Positions 7,864 through 16,511 of a stretch of 64,000 nucleotides of DNA are shown one piece after another. The notes beneath the pieces are model-generated. The model ran no database searches. It was not told where the DNA came from and was given only the letters and a program-made list of their open reading frames with translations. Source of the DNA: Patescibacteria group bacterium (GTDB lineage: Bacteria > Patescibacteriota > Patescibacteriia > SG8-24 > DYFX01); contig JBAZZB010000004.1 of the NCBI GenBank assembly GCA_041659045.1, positions 28,129 through 92,128 on the forward strand, given 5' to 3'. The position numbers were made by a program, and so were the translations under genes. Each line of letters opens with the position of its first letter. Positions within the stretch are counted from its first letter, which is position 1.

Positions 7864-10505
7864 GCGACATTTTGAAGGATGAAGAAGTCGTTGCAACGCC
7901 GAAAGAAGGCTCGAATCGCGTCAGCTTTCGCGTGCACCAAGATGTGAGCGCGGAGGGTGTCGTTGTTGAAGGTACTGATGGCACACGGCGTTTCGAGGGA
8001 AAAGTCGATGTGCGTCGCCGTGGCGAAATCGACTATCCGGCGAGCGAGCAGCGGCCGGAGAGTTTGATCGCTTTGCTGCGCAAGGTCGTGAAGTTCGATA
8101 CCGCGCATGAGTCTGCTTCGCAGCCAGCGGTTGCTGCGTCGGTGCCGGCAGGCGATCAACGCGCTTTGCTCGCGCTCGGCGGCATGCATTGTTCATCCTG
8201 CGCCAACTTGATTGCGCGCGGATTGCGCAAAGTGAAAGGCGTGAAAGAAGCGAACGTGAACTTCGCTGCGGAAAAAGCGCGTATCGTTTTTGATCCGCGA
8301 TTGACCGACGAAGCGGCACTGATCGAAGCTGTCAAAAAAACCGGTTACCGCGCGGAGCTCGCATCCAAAGCCGACCCGGAAGCGGACCGCGCCCGCCGCG
8401 CCCTGGAAATGCGCACCTACAAACGCAAGTTCCTGCTTGGCGCGATTCTCAGCGTGCCGATGTTCTACTTCATGCTGCTCGACTTCCTGGCGTTTCTGCC
8501 TGGACGCTCGGCACTGCTGCCGCTTGTCGGCCTCGTTTCCTTTATCTTGGCGACGCCTGTGCAGATTGTGCTCGGTGCCGACTTCTACAAGGGTGCGTGG
8601 TCGAGTTTGCGGATGAAGACGTTCAACATGGATTCGCTGATCGCGATCGGTACGACCGCCGCGTTTGTGTACAGCGTTGTGAACTTCGTGGTGTACGCGT
8701 TCACCAACGGAACTGTTCTCGGCATGAACGGCGCGAAGATTCCTGAGCTGTACTTCGAAACATCGGCGTTTCTGATCACGTTTGTGCTGCTCGGCAAGTG
8801 GCTCGAGAGCAAGGCGAAAGGCGAAACATCCGAAGCAGTTAAGAAACTCATGGGGCTTCAAGCCAAGACCGCACGCGTGGTGCGTGAAGGTCGTGCGCTC
8901 GATGTACCGATTGAAGACGTCATGGCTGGCGACACGATCGTCGTGCGCCCAGGTGAAAAAATTCCAGTCGACGGAGAAATCACCAATGGGTCTTCAGCCG
9001 TCGATGAATCGATGTTGACCGGTGAAAGCTTGCCGGTTGAAAAGAAAGAAGGGGATAGGGTGATCGGTGCCACGATGAACAAGACGGGGAGTTTCGAATT
9101 CCGCGCGACGAACGTTGGTGCGGATACGGCGCTTTCGCAGATCGTGAAATTGATTGAAGACGCACAAGGTTCGCGCGCTCCGATTCAAGGCTTTGCCGAT
9201 CGGATCTCGGCCTGGTTCGTGCCAGCCGTGATCATTCTGGCGCTCCTGACGTTTGTCGTTTGGTACTTCGCGCTTGGTGCCACACTCAGCTTCGCGCTCA
9301 TGGCCTTCACCGCTGTGATCGTCATTGCCTGCCCGTGTGCGCTCGGTTTGGCGACGCCAACGGCGATTATGGTCGCGACAGGAAAGGGCGCCGCGCACGG
9401 CATTCTCATCAAAGGAGGTGAACCGCTTGAAGCGGCGTGCAAGATCAAAGCGATCGTCTTCGATAAAACTGGCACGCTCACCAAAGGTACCCCGGAAGTG
9501 ACGGATGTGATCGGTATCGGCTTGAGCGATGAGACGCGGATTCTTGAAATTGCCGCGGGTCTCGAAGCGAAATCGGAACATCCGTTGGCGGAAGCGATTT
9601 GCCGATACGCGGAGGAAGAGAATGTTGATCCGATCGATGTGACGGACTTCAAAGCGATCCCGGGACACGGCGTTCAAGCGACAGCTGAGGGTGTCGAGTA
9701 CTTCTTCGGAAATCGCCGCCTTGTGACGGAAACGCTCTCGCTTGAAATTTCTGGCTTTGATCGAAAGATGCGGAAATTGGAAGAAGCTGGCAAGACGGTC
9801 ATGATCTTGGCGACCAAAGGTAGCGTCATTGGCTTGATCGGCGTCGCTGATACCATTAAGGATACTTCGGCGCGCGCCGTGGCCGATCTCAAAAAGATGG
9901 GGCTTGCGGTCTTCATGATCACGGGCGACAATGAACGCACCGCGCGCGCGATCGCGAAACAGGCTGGCATTGAAAATGTGCTGGCGGAAGTGTTACCGGA
10001 ACACAAAGCGGACGAGGTCAAAAAACTGCAGGCAACAGGTATCAAGGTCGCGATGGTTGGTGACGGCATCAACGATGCTCCGGCACTCGCGCAAGCAGAT
10101 CTCGGCGTCGCCATGTCGAGCGGTACAGACGTCGCAATGGAAACCGGAGGCGTCGTGCTCATGAAGAACGACTTGAATGATGTTGTGACGGCAATCAAGC
10201 TCTCGCGCGAGACGCTTGGCAAGGTCCGGCAGAACCTGTTCTTCTCCCTCTTCTATAACGTCGCTGGTATTCCGATCGCGGCACGTGTTTTCGCCGGCTT
10301 TGGACTTGTGCTCAAACCGGAGTTGGCAGGACTCGCGATGGCTCTCAGTTCCGTTTCGGTCGTGGCGAACTCATTGCTCTTGCGCGGTTTCCGTCCCGAT
10401 CATCGTAACTGGCTCTCACTTGCCGCGCCGTTCGTCATGACCGCGCTCTTCCTCGCCGCGTTCATTGGATTCGCCCGCTTGAGCGGGGGAGTGATGGGCG
10501 TCTGA
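7860..10505 (+). CDS. copA: Cu(I)-translocating P1B-1 ATPase
   Basis: [40 protein letters not shown] and MALSS motifs. Confidence 0.95.
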   Translation: MSDILKDEEVVATPKEGSNRVSFRVHQDVSAEGVVVEGTDGTRRFEGKVDVRRRGEIDYPASEQRPESLIALLRKVVKFDTAHESASQPAVAASVPAGDQRALLALGGMHCSSCANLIARGLRKVKGVKEANVNFAAEKARIVFDPRLTDEAALIEAVKKTGYRAELASKADPEADRARRALEMRTYKRKFLLGAILSVPMFYFMLLDFLAFLPGRSALLPLVGLVSFILATPVQIVLGADFYKGAWSSLRMKTFNMDSLIAIGTTAAFVYSVVNFVVYAFTNGTVLGMNGAKIPELYFETSAFLITFVLLGKWLESKAKGETSEAVKKLMGLQAKTARVVREGRALDVPIEDVMAGDTIVVRPGEKIPVDGEITNGSSAVDESMLTGESLPVEKKEGDRVIGATMNKTGSFEFRATNVGADTALSQIVKLIEDAQGSRAPIQGFADRISAWFVPAVIILALLTFVVWYFALGATLSFALMAFTAVIVIACPCALGLATPTAIMVATGKGAAHGILIKGGEPLEAACKIKAIVFDKTGTLTKGTPEVTDVIGIGLSDETRILEIAAGLEAKSEHPLAEAICRYAEEENVDPIDVTDFKAIPGHGVQATAEGVEYFFGNRRLVTETLSLEISGFDRKMRKLEEAGKTVMILATKGSVIGLIGVADTIKDTSARAVADLKKMGLAVFMITGDNERTARAIAKQAGIENVLAEVLPEHKADEVKKLQATGIKVAMVGDGINDAPALAQADLGVAMSSGTDVAMETGGVVLMKNDLNDVVTAIKLSRETLGKVRQNLFFSLFYNVAGIPIAARVFAGFGLVLKPELAGLAMALSSVSVVANSLLLRGFRPDHRNWLSLAAPFVMTALFLAAFIGFARLSGGVMGV

Positions 10506-10525
10506 TTCATTCACGTCTTGTTCCC

Positions 10526-12028
10526 ATGAATAAAATTTTCACGCTCGCCGCGCTCACGGTGCTTGTCGGAGCTGGTTGCGGGATCACCGCGACCCCCAAA
10601 GGATCGGCACCGGTGATCAAGGGAACGAATCCAACCGTTATCGAAACCGGTGTCGTGCGCGAATATACGCTGACGGCCGATGAGACGCGTTGGGAGCTGC
10701 GCCCAGATTTTTCGACGGAGGTCTTCGCCTACAACGGCCAAGTGCCTGGCCCCGAAATCCGGGTGAAGCGCGGCGATCGCGTGAAAGTGACGCTCGTGAA
10801 CAAGTTGGAGGATTCCACAACGATTCATTGGCATGGCATCCGCGTGCCCGCCAGCATGGATGGATTTCCGGGTATCAGCCAGGAACCCGTCGCGCCAGGT
10901 GGAACATTTGTCTACGAGTTCGTTGTGCCTGACGCGGGCACCTTCTTCTACCACTCGCACGTTGATACGGATGAGCAGGTTGATCGTGGTTTGTATGGTC
11001 CGTTTATCGTCGAACCATCCGAAGGCGCGGTCTCCGATGTTGTTGTTGCCTTGGACGACTGGCTCCTCGATGATTCCGGTAATCGCTTAGACACGGAGCG
11101 CACGTACGAAGAAACGCAAACCGATAACGTGCTCGACTCTGTGTCCGAGGCGACGCGTCCTTCGACGGGGGGAACGCAGCACATGATGGCTGATGGTTCG
11201 GTGATGGGCGGCATGCAGCATGAAGGGATGATGGATCATAATTTTGATCCGAGGATCAATGGCCGCTACGGCAACATCTTGGCTGTAAACGGCAAGATGG
11301 GTTCGGCAATCGCGAGGGTGGAAGTGCCGAAGGGAGGCACGCGCCTGCTTCGCTTCATCAACGCCTCGAACTCGATGACGCATGAATTGAAAGCGGACGA
11401 CGGACGCTTGCTCGAAATCGTCGCGGTCGACGGCACGTCGCTCGCAAAACCCGTGCGTACCGGCACGCTGACCATCTCGCCCGCCAAGAGATTCGACGTG
11501 CTGCTTCGCGATCAAGACGGGAAAGCTTGGAGCTTGGTCGAAAAGCGGGCGACGGGGGAACTGCGCATTCCGATCACGATTGGCGGAGAAGCGGGCGTTG
11601 AACCGTCGTTTACGACGGACGCTCCAACCCCGCCCGATCTTCTGGCGCGCAGGCCGGACGCGATCATTTCTGTCGGTACAGATCGCATGATGGATCCGAC
11701 GACCTGGACGGTGAACGGTCTGCCGTACGACATGATGGGCGACAATGATCCGCTCGCGACCTTCCGCGTCGGCACTTGGGTCAAGATGCGTTTCATGAAC
11801 GGCACGATGATGGCGCATCAGATGCATTTGCACGGCGTTTTCATGACGGTCATTGCGCGCGATGGCAAGCCGGTCACAGAGCAGTATCGCCAAGATGTCA
11901 TTGTCGTGCGCCCGAACGAATCGGTCGATATCGCCGTACTCGCCGACAACCTCGGTGACTGGGTGATGCACTGCCACAACCTTGAACATGAAGAGCACGG
12001 GCTGATGGCAAAAATTCGTGTTCAATAA
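10526..12028 (+). CDS. Multicopper oxidase lipoprotein
   Basis: Lipobox LVGAGC; HWHG, YHSH, HQMHLHG, HCHNLEH copper-ligand motifs. Confidence 0.93.
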   Translation: MNKIFTLAALTVLVGAGCGITATPKGSAPVIKGTNPTVIETGVVREYTLTADETRWELRPDFSTEVFAYNGQVPGPEIRVKRGDRVKVTLVNKLEDSTTIHWHGIRVPASMDGFPGISQEPVAPGGTFVYEFVVPDAGTFFYHSHVDTDEQVDRGLYGPFIVEPSEGAVSDVVVALDDWLLDDSGNRLDTERTYEETQTDNVLDSVSEATRPSTGGTQHMMADGSVMGGMQHEGMMDHNFDPRINGRYGNILAVNGKMGSAIARVEVPKGGTRLLRFINASNSMTHELKADDGRLLEIVAVDGTSLAKPVRTGTLTISPAKRFDVLLRDQDGKAWSLVEKRATGELRIPITIGGEAGVEPSFTTDAPTPPDLLARRPDAIISVGTDRMMDPTTWTVNGLPYDMMGDNDPLATFRVGTWVKMRFMNGTMMAHQMHLHGVFMTVIARDGKPVTEQYRQDVIVVRPNESVDIAVLADNLGDWVMHCHNLEHEEHGLMAKIRVQ

Positions 12029-12039
12029 AGAGACGCTTC

Positions 12040-12061
12040 AAAACCCGCTTCGGCGGGTTTT
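12040..12061 (+). terminator. Intrinsic terminator
   Basis: AAAACCCGC-TTCG-GCGGGTTTT. Confidence 0.85.
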
Positions 12062-12077
12062 GTTATACTGATTGCAT

Positions 12078-14159
12078 ATGATGTACGTTTGCCCGATGCA
12101 TCCGGAAGTACAGCGCGACGCTCCGGGACGCTGCCCCGAATGCGGCATGGAACTCGTGCCAATGAAAGAAAAGAAGGAGCACGGAGCTCACGCCGCTTCG
12201 AACAAACACGAGGGTCACTCGACAATGCAGTTCGCTCGCAAGTTTTGGATCTGTCTTGTGCTGACGGCGCCAGTCGTTCTGTATTCCGAAATTGTTCCGA
12301 CGCTTTCCGGTTGGCGTCCGCCGGCGTTTCCGGGATCGATGTATATTCCAGCACTTCTCGCCTCGATCGTTTTCTTTTGGGGCGGAGGCGTGTTTTTGCT
12401 CGGTGCCTTCCGGGAGCTGCGCGGCCGTAAGCCCGGCATGATGACGCTCATCGCTTTGGCAGTCGTCGCGGCCTATACATTTAGCGTCTGGTCGACGTTC
12501 ACGGGTGGAATGGAGACTCTGTACTGGGAGCTGACGACGCTGATCACGGTCATGCTGCTCGGTCACTGGCTCGAGATGCGCGCCGTGAGTAGTACGAGCG
12601 GTGCTTTAAAAGAGCTGGCAAAACTTCTACCCGATGAGGTCGAGGTTTTAAGAAACGGCACGCCGACCAAGATCCCGCTTTCTGAATTGCGCGAGAATGA
12701 TTTTTTTATTGTGCGTCCAGGCGGCAAAATCGCCGCTGATGGCGTCATCGAAGACGGCGAGTCCGACGTGAACGAATCAATGGTCACGGGCGAGTCGCGT
12801 CCGGCGAAAAAAACGAAGGGAAACCCTGTCATCGCCGGTACGGTGAACGGAGACGGAGCGCTCACGATCCGCGTGTCCCAGCTTGGTGACAAGACGTTTC
12901 TTGCCGGCGTCATGCGCTTGGTTGCGGATGCTCAAGCTTCAAAATCCAAACTACAAATTTTGTCCGACCGCGCGGCGATGGTTCTGACCTATGTCGCTGT
13001 TGCTGTCGGCCTCACGACGCTCATCGCTTGGTGGATTGCCTCTGGCCCGGCACTTGCCGTCGAGCGCATGGTTTCGGTTCTGGTTATCGCCTGCCCGCAC
13101 GCGCTCGGTCTGGCCGTGCCGCTCGTCGCTTCGATCTCAACCATGATGGCGGCAAAAAACGGCTTCTTGGTGAAGCAGCGACTCGCTCTCGAGGCCGCAC
13201 GCAACGTCGACTTGGTGCTCTTTGATAAAACAGGAACCCTCACAAAAGGGGAGTATGGCGTCGATCGCGTCTGGGGACTCGAGATTTCCGAAGATGAAAC
13301 CTTGGCGCTCGCGGCGGCCGTCGACGCGTCATCCGAACATGTTGTTGCGCGAGCGATTGTCGCACGCGCCAAAGAACGCGGCCTCACGATTCCTGTGGCG
13401 GAAGCATTCCAGCGCGTGCCGGGGAAAGGTGTTGCAGCGCGCGTGGCCGGACGCGAGATCGCTGTCGGCGGCGAGACGGCCATTACGACTCAATCAAGAA
13501 CATCAGTAGCTTGGAATGACATCAAAGCGGAGAACGCCAAGGGTAAGACGATTGTCTATGTGCTCGAAGGCGAGAAAATTCTCGGAGCTTTCGCCTTAGC
13601 CGACGTGATTCGTCCGGAATCACGGGAAGCGATTGCTTCGTTGAAAGCGATGGGTGTGAACGTCGGCATGGTCACCGGCGATTCCGAAGATGTCGCGGCC
13701 TGGGTAGCAGCCGAACTCGGTATCGACGAGGTCTTCGCGCGCGTCCTGCCGGGTGACAAAGCCGGTAAGGTACAGATGTTGCAGGAGAAGGGGCACGTTG
13801 TCGCAATGGTTGGCGATGGTATCAACGACGCCCCCGCGCTTACGCAGGCCGATCTTGGTATTGCTATTGGCGCCGGCACAAACGTTGCTGTCGAATCCGC
13901 AGGCATCATCCTGGTCAAAAATGATCCACGCGACATTCCAAAAATCATCCGTCTTTCGCGCCTGACCTATTCCAAGATGATGCAAAATCTTTTTTGGGCG
14001 ACGGGGTACAACATTGTCGCGATGCCGCTCGCGGCCGGGGTCCTGGCTTCTCGCGGGATTTTGCTGCAACCGGCCTTGGCCGCCGTTTTCATGTCGCTGA
14101 GCACGGTCATCGTGGCGGTGAACGCCCTACTCTTGCGCAGAAAGAAGCTTTCGGCATGA
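12078..14159 (+). CDS. copB: CopB-type (P1B-3) copper ATPase with N-terminal CPMH metal-binding domain
   Basis: YVCPMHP...CPECGM, His-rich stretch, CPHALGLA, DKTGT, GYN, MSLST. Confidence 0.92.
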   Translation: MMYVCPMHPEVQRDAPGRCPECGMELVPMKEKKEHGAHAASNKHEGHSTMQFARKFWICLVLTAPVVLYSEIVPTLSGWRPPAFPGSMYIPALLASIVFFWGGGVFLLGAFRELRGRKPGMMTLIALAVVAAYTFSVWSTFTGGMETLYWELTTLITVMLLGHWLEMRAVSSTSGALKELAKLLPDEVEVLRNGTPTKIPLSELRENDFFIVRPGGKIAADGVIEDGESDVNESMVTGESRPAKKTKGNPVIAGTVNGDGALTIRVSQLGDKTFLAGVMRLVADAQASKSKLQILSDRAAMVLTYVAVAVGLTTLIAWWIASGPALAVERMVSVLVIACPHALGLAVPLVASISTMMAAKNGFLVKQRLALEAARNVDLVLFDKTGTLTKGEYGVDRVWGLEISEDETLALAAAVDASSEHVVARAIVARAKERGLTIPVAEAFQRVPGKGVAARVAGREIAVGGETAITTQSRTSVAWNDIKAENAKGKTIVYVLEGEKILGAFALADVIRPESREAIASLKAMGVNVGMVTGDSEDVAAWVAAELGIDEVFARVLPGDKAGKVQMLQEKGHVVAMVGDGINDAPALTQADLGIAIGAGTNVAVESAGIILVKNDPRDIPKIIRLSRLTYSKMMQNLFWATGYNIVAMPLAAGVLASRGILLQPALAAVFMSLSTVIVAVNALLLRRKKLSA

Positions 14160-14181
14160 CGGTCGGGTATACTGTTTCGAC

Positions 14182-14814
14182 ATGCTACGCGGAACTTCCA
14201 CAGAATTGATCCGCACGACAGCGAAGCTTGTCTTCGGAGCTTTCCTGTTCTTGTTTGTGGCGTCCTTCTTGGCTTTGCCGTGCATGCAGAGTGATAGCGG
14301 ACTCTTCGTCTCGTTAACGAATGGCTCCTCGGCCGCGTTGAGTGTCGCGCGTTCGTCACAAGCTGTAAAAGCACTATCACTCCAAGGGCCGCTATCGAAG
14401 GTGGCGCTTGGTACACCCTTGTTCGTAACGCAGATGCCAGGAGCGACAGTCCCTACCGCTTCCGTACAATTCGCGAGCGCGTGGCGTACTACTTCAACGC
14501 TCACGGCTTCCGCGGAAATGCAGCCGTCGCCTCGTACCGTGTACCGACAACCGTTCGCGGCGGCCTCGTGCGTGGAACATAAGCTCTTCAAACCACGTTT
14601 GAATATCTTTAAAGCGTTCGAAGTGCCTGCTGCCGAGCACCCACTGCGTTTCGCTGTGGTGCTTGTCGTCACGCTCGGCTTCGGCATCGTTGCGACGTTC
14701 TCCCGTCATACGCCGGTTCGAGTACGCCCTGGTTGGATACGACTCAGATCCCTTCCGTTCGCGTGCTCCGATCCTCCGCGTCTGCCGTACTTCGCCGCAC
14801 AACGTGACGCCTGA
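14182..14814 (+). CDS. Hypothetical two-TM protein; candidate leader of dsbA
   Basis: 210-aa ORF, TATACT 8 nt before ATG, C-terminal SDPPRLPYF. Confidence 0.55.
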   Translation: MLRGTSTELIRTTAKLVFGAFLFLFVASFLALPCMQSDSGLFVSLTNGSSAALSVARSSQAVKALSLQGPLSKVALGTPLFVTQMPGATVPTASVQFASAWRTTSTLTASAEMQPSPRTVYRQPFAAASCVEHKLFKPRLNIFKAFEVPAAEHPLRFAVVLVVTLGFGIVATFSRHTPVRVRPGWIRLRSLPFACSDPPRLPYFAAQRDA

Positions 14815-14858
14815 CCGCCCTTTGGCTGTTTCCGCTCCGTATTATTCTGAATGATTCT

Positions 14859-15620
14859 ATGGATTCCAACGAAAAGTTTTCGATGACGCTCTCGGTTAAG
14901 CAGATCTTCCTCGCAGGTGTCGCCGCCGGCGTGCTCGGCGTGACCGCACTCGGTTTCATTCTCATGGTTTCCAAGGGCATCGACACGAGCTCTTGGTTCT
15001 CCGGTTCTGCGCGCGCTCCGCTCGCGGCCGCTCCGTCCGGCGCCGCTCCGACCGGTGACGACAACGGCCAGCAGGTTGGCGAAGTCGCTCCGATCAACGA
15101 CGAAGACCACATGCGCGGCGACAAGAACGCCGAGATCACGCTTCTCGAGTACTCGGACTTCGAGTGCCCCTTCTGCTCTCGCTTCCACCCGACGCTCGTT
15201 CAGGCGTTGAACGAATACAAGGGTAAGGTTCGCTGGGTCTACCGCCACTTCCCGTTGAACTCGATTCACCCGAACGCGCAGAAAGCAGCCGAAGCCTCCG
15301 AATGCGCCAGCGAACAGGGTAAGTTCTGGGAGATGGCCGACAAGATGTTCGAGAAGCAGGCTGCGGGCCTCTCTCTCACGCAGCTTTCCGCGCTTGCCAA
15401 GGAAGCGGGCGTGCGTGACATCAAGAAATTCGATTCATGCGTTTCGAGCGGCAAGTACGCCCAGCTCGTCGCAGCCGACCTCGCCAGTGGCGAAGCGGCC
15501 GGCGTGACCGGTACGCCGGGAACGATCGTGATCGGCAAAGACGGTTCGAAGCAGCTCATCCCGGGCGCGCTTCCGTACGACTCCGTCAAGCAGATCATCG
15601 ACTCGATGCTCGCGTCCTAA
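14859..15620 (+). CDS. dsbA: Membrane-anchored DsbA-family thiol-disulfide oxidoreductase
   Basis: EYSDFECPFC, YRHFPL, GVTGTPG. Confidence 0.92.
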   Translation: MDSNEKFSMTLSVKQIFLAGVAAGVLGVTALGFILMVSKGIDTSSWFSGSARAPLAAAPSGAAPTGDDNGQQVGEVAPINDEDHMRGDKNAEITLLEYSDFECPFCSRFHPTLVQALNEYKGKVRWVYRHFPLNSIHPNAQKAAEASECASEQGKFWEMADKMFEKQAAGLSLTQLSALAKEAGVRDIKKFDSCVSSGKYAQLVAADLASGEAAGVTGTPGTIVIGKDGSKQLIPGALPYDSVKQIIDSMLAS

Positions 15621-15637
15621 GCATCCGCAGAAAAGAA

Positions 15638-15671
15638 AAAGCCGCCTCGACGAGTCTCGTCGGGGCGGTTT
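15638..15671. terminator. Bidirectional terminator
   Basis: AAAGCCGCCTCGACGAG-T-CTCGTCGGGGCGGTTT inverted repeat between convergent genes. Confidence 0.75.
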
Positions 15672-15676
15672 GCGTT

Positions 15677-16336
15677 TCAGTTACCGGTCTGAGCTGCAAC
15701 GTCGTCAGTCTGGAGCGACGTCGTGTCGCCGAACTCGCAGAATGCGTCATCAACGCTTCGCAGGTAGTCTTCCAAAGAGCCAGTGTCCTCCATCTGCATG
15801 GAGCGGGGAACCGCGTCCCACACGGTCGAGACGTGCATCGTCTGCATCGGTTCGTAGTCCGGATTCTTGACCGTGCGCCGCTTCTTGATGCGGTGGAACG
15901 GATGATAGAAGCGAACGCGCGCCACTTGATTGCGCCAATCACGCTGCGTGCCGTCTCGTCGCATGTACTGCGCGGCCTCGTCGGAGAGCGTCAGGAATGC
16001 CGTGAGATGGCAGTCTTCCAGCGGGGTGGCCCGTGGCGCCGGTTCCAGCTGAAGGAGACAGCTCGGCTCCCTCGAGCAGACGGTCATCGCGTCGGTTACG
16101 ATGAAACTTGGGCAACGATACCCGATTCGCATGACGCCGGTTTCAGGAACGACTTCCGGTACCTCGATCATGAGCTCAAAGCGCAGGTTCAGCAGGAGCA
16201 CGTCTGGGACGACCTCCCTGAAGCGTAGGCGGATACCGATCGTCGGCTGCTCGCGATTGGTGAGGTTCCCTTTCTCTAGGGCAATGCGCAGCAGTCGCGA
16301 ACGGATCCACTCGGCGCTAAGTGCAGGAGCAATGAG
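15677..16336 (-). CDS. Hypothetical protein
   Basis: ORF of ~220 aa with GGAGG SD and TTGACG-N17-TATGGT promoter near 16416-16388; start uncertain. Confidence 0.55.
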   Translation of the reverse strand, partial: LIAPALSAEWIRSRLLRIALEKGNLTNREQPTIGIRLRFREVVPDVLLLNLRFELMIEVPEVVPETGVMRIGYRCPSFIVTDAMTVCSREPSCLLQLEPAPRATPLEDCHLTAFLTLSDEAAQYMRRDGTQRDWRNQVARVRFYHPFHRIKKRRTVKNPDYEPMQTMHVSTVWDAVPRSMQMEDTGSLEDYLRSVDDAFCEFGDTTSLQTDDVAAQTGN

Positions 16337-16511
16337 CATCAATCCCTCCAAACAGGCAGGTTGTGGGTTAACGATACGAGAGGTCGCACCATAGAGGAAA
16401 AACGTAAAGACGTCAAGGCCAGCGGGTCACGATCGACATATCAAGCGTAGGCCGCGACCGTCAGGGCAGCATCCTTGAAGCATGGGCACTCTTCCATTAG
16501 GATACCTTTAT

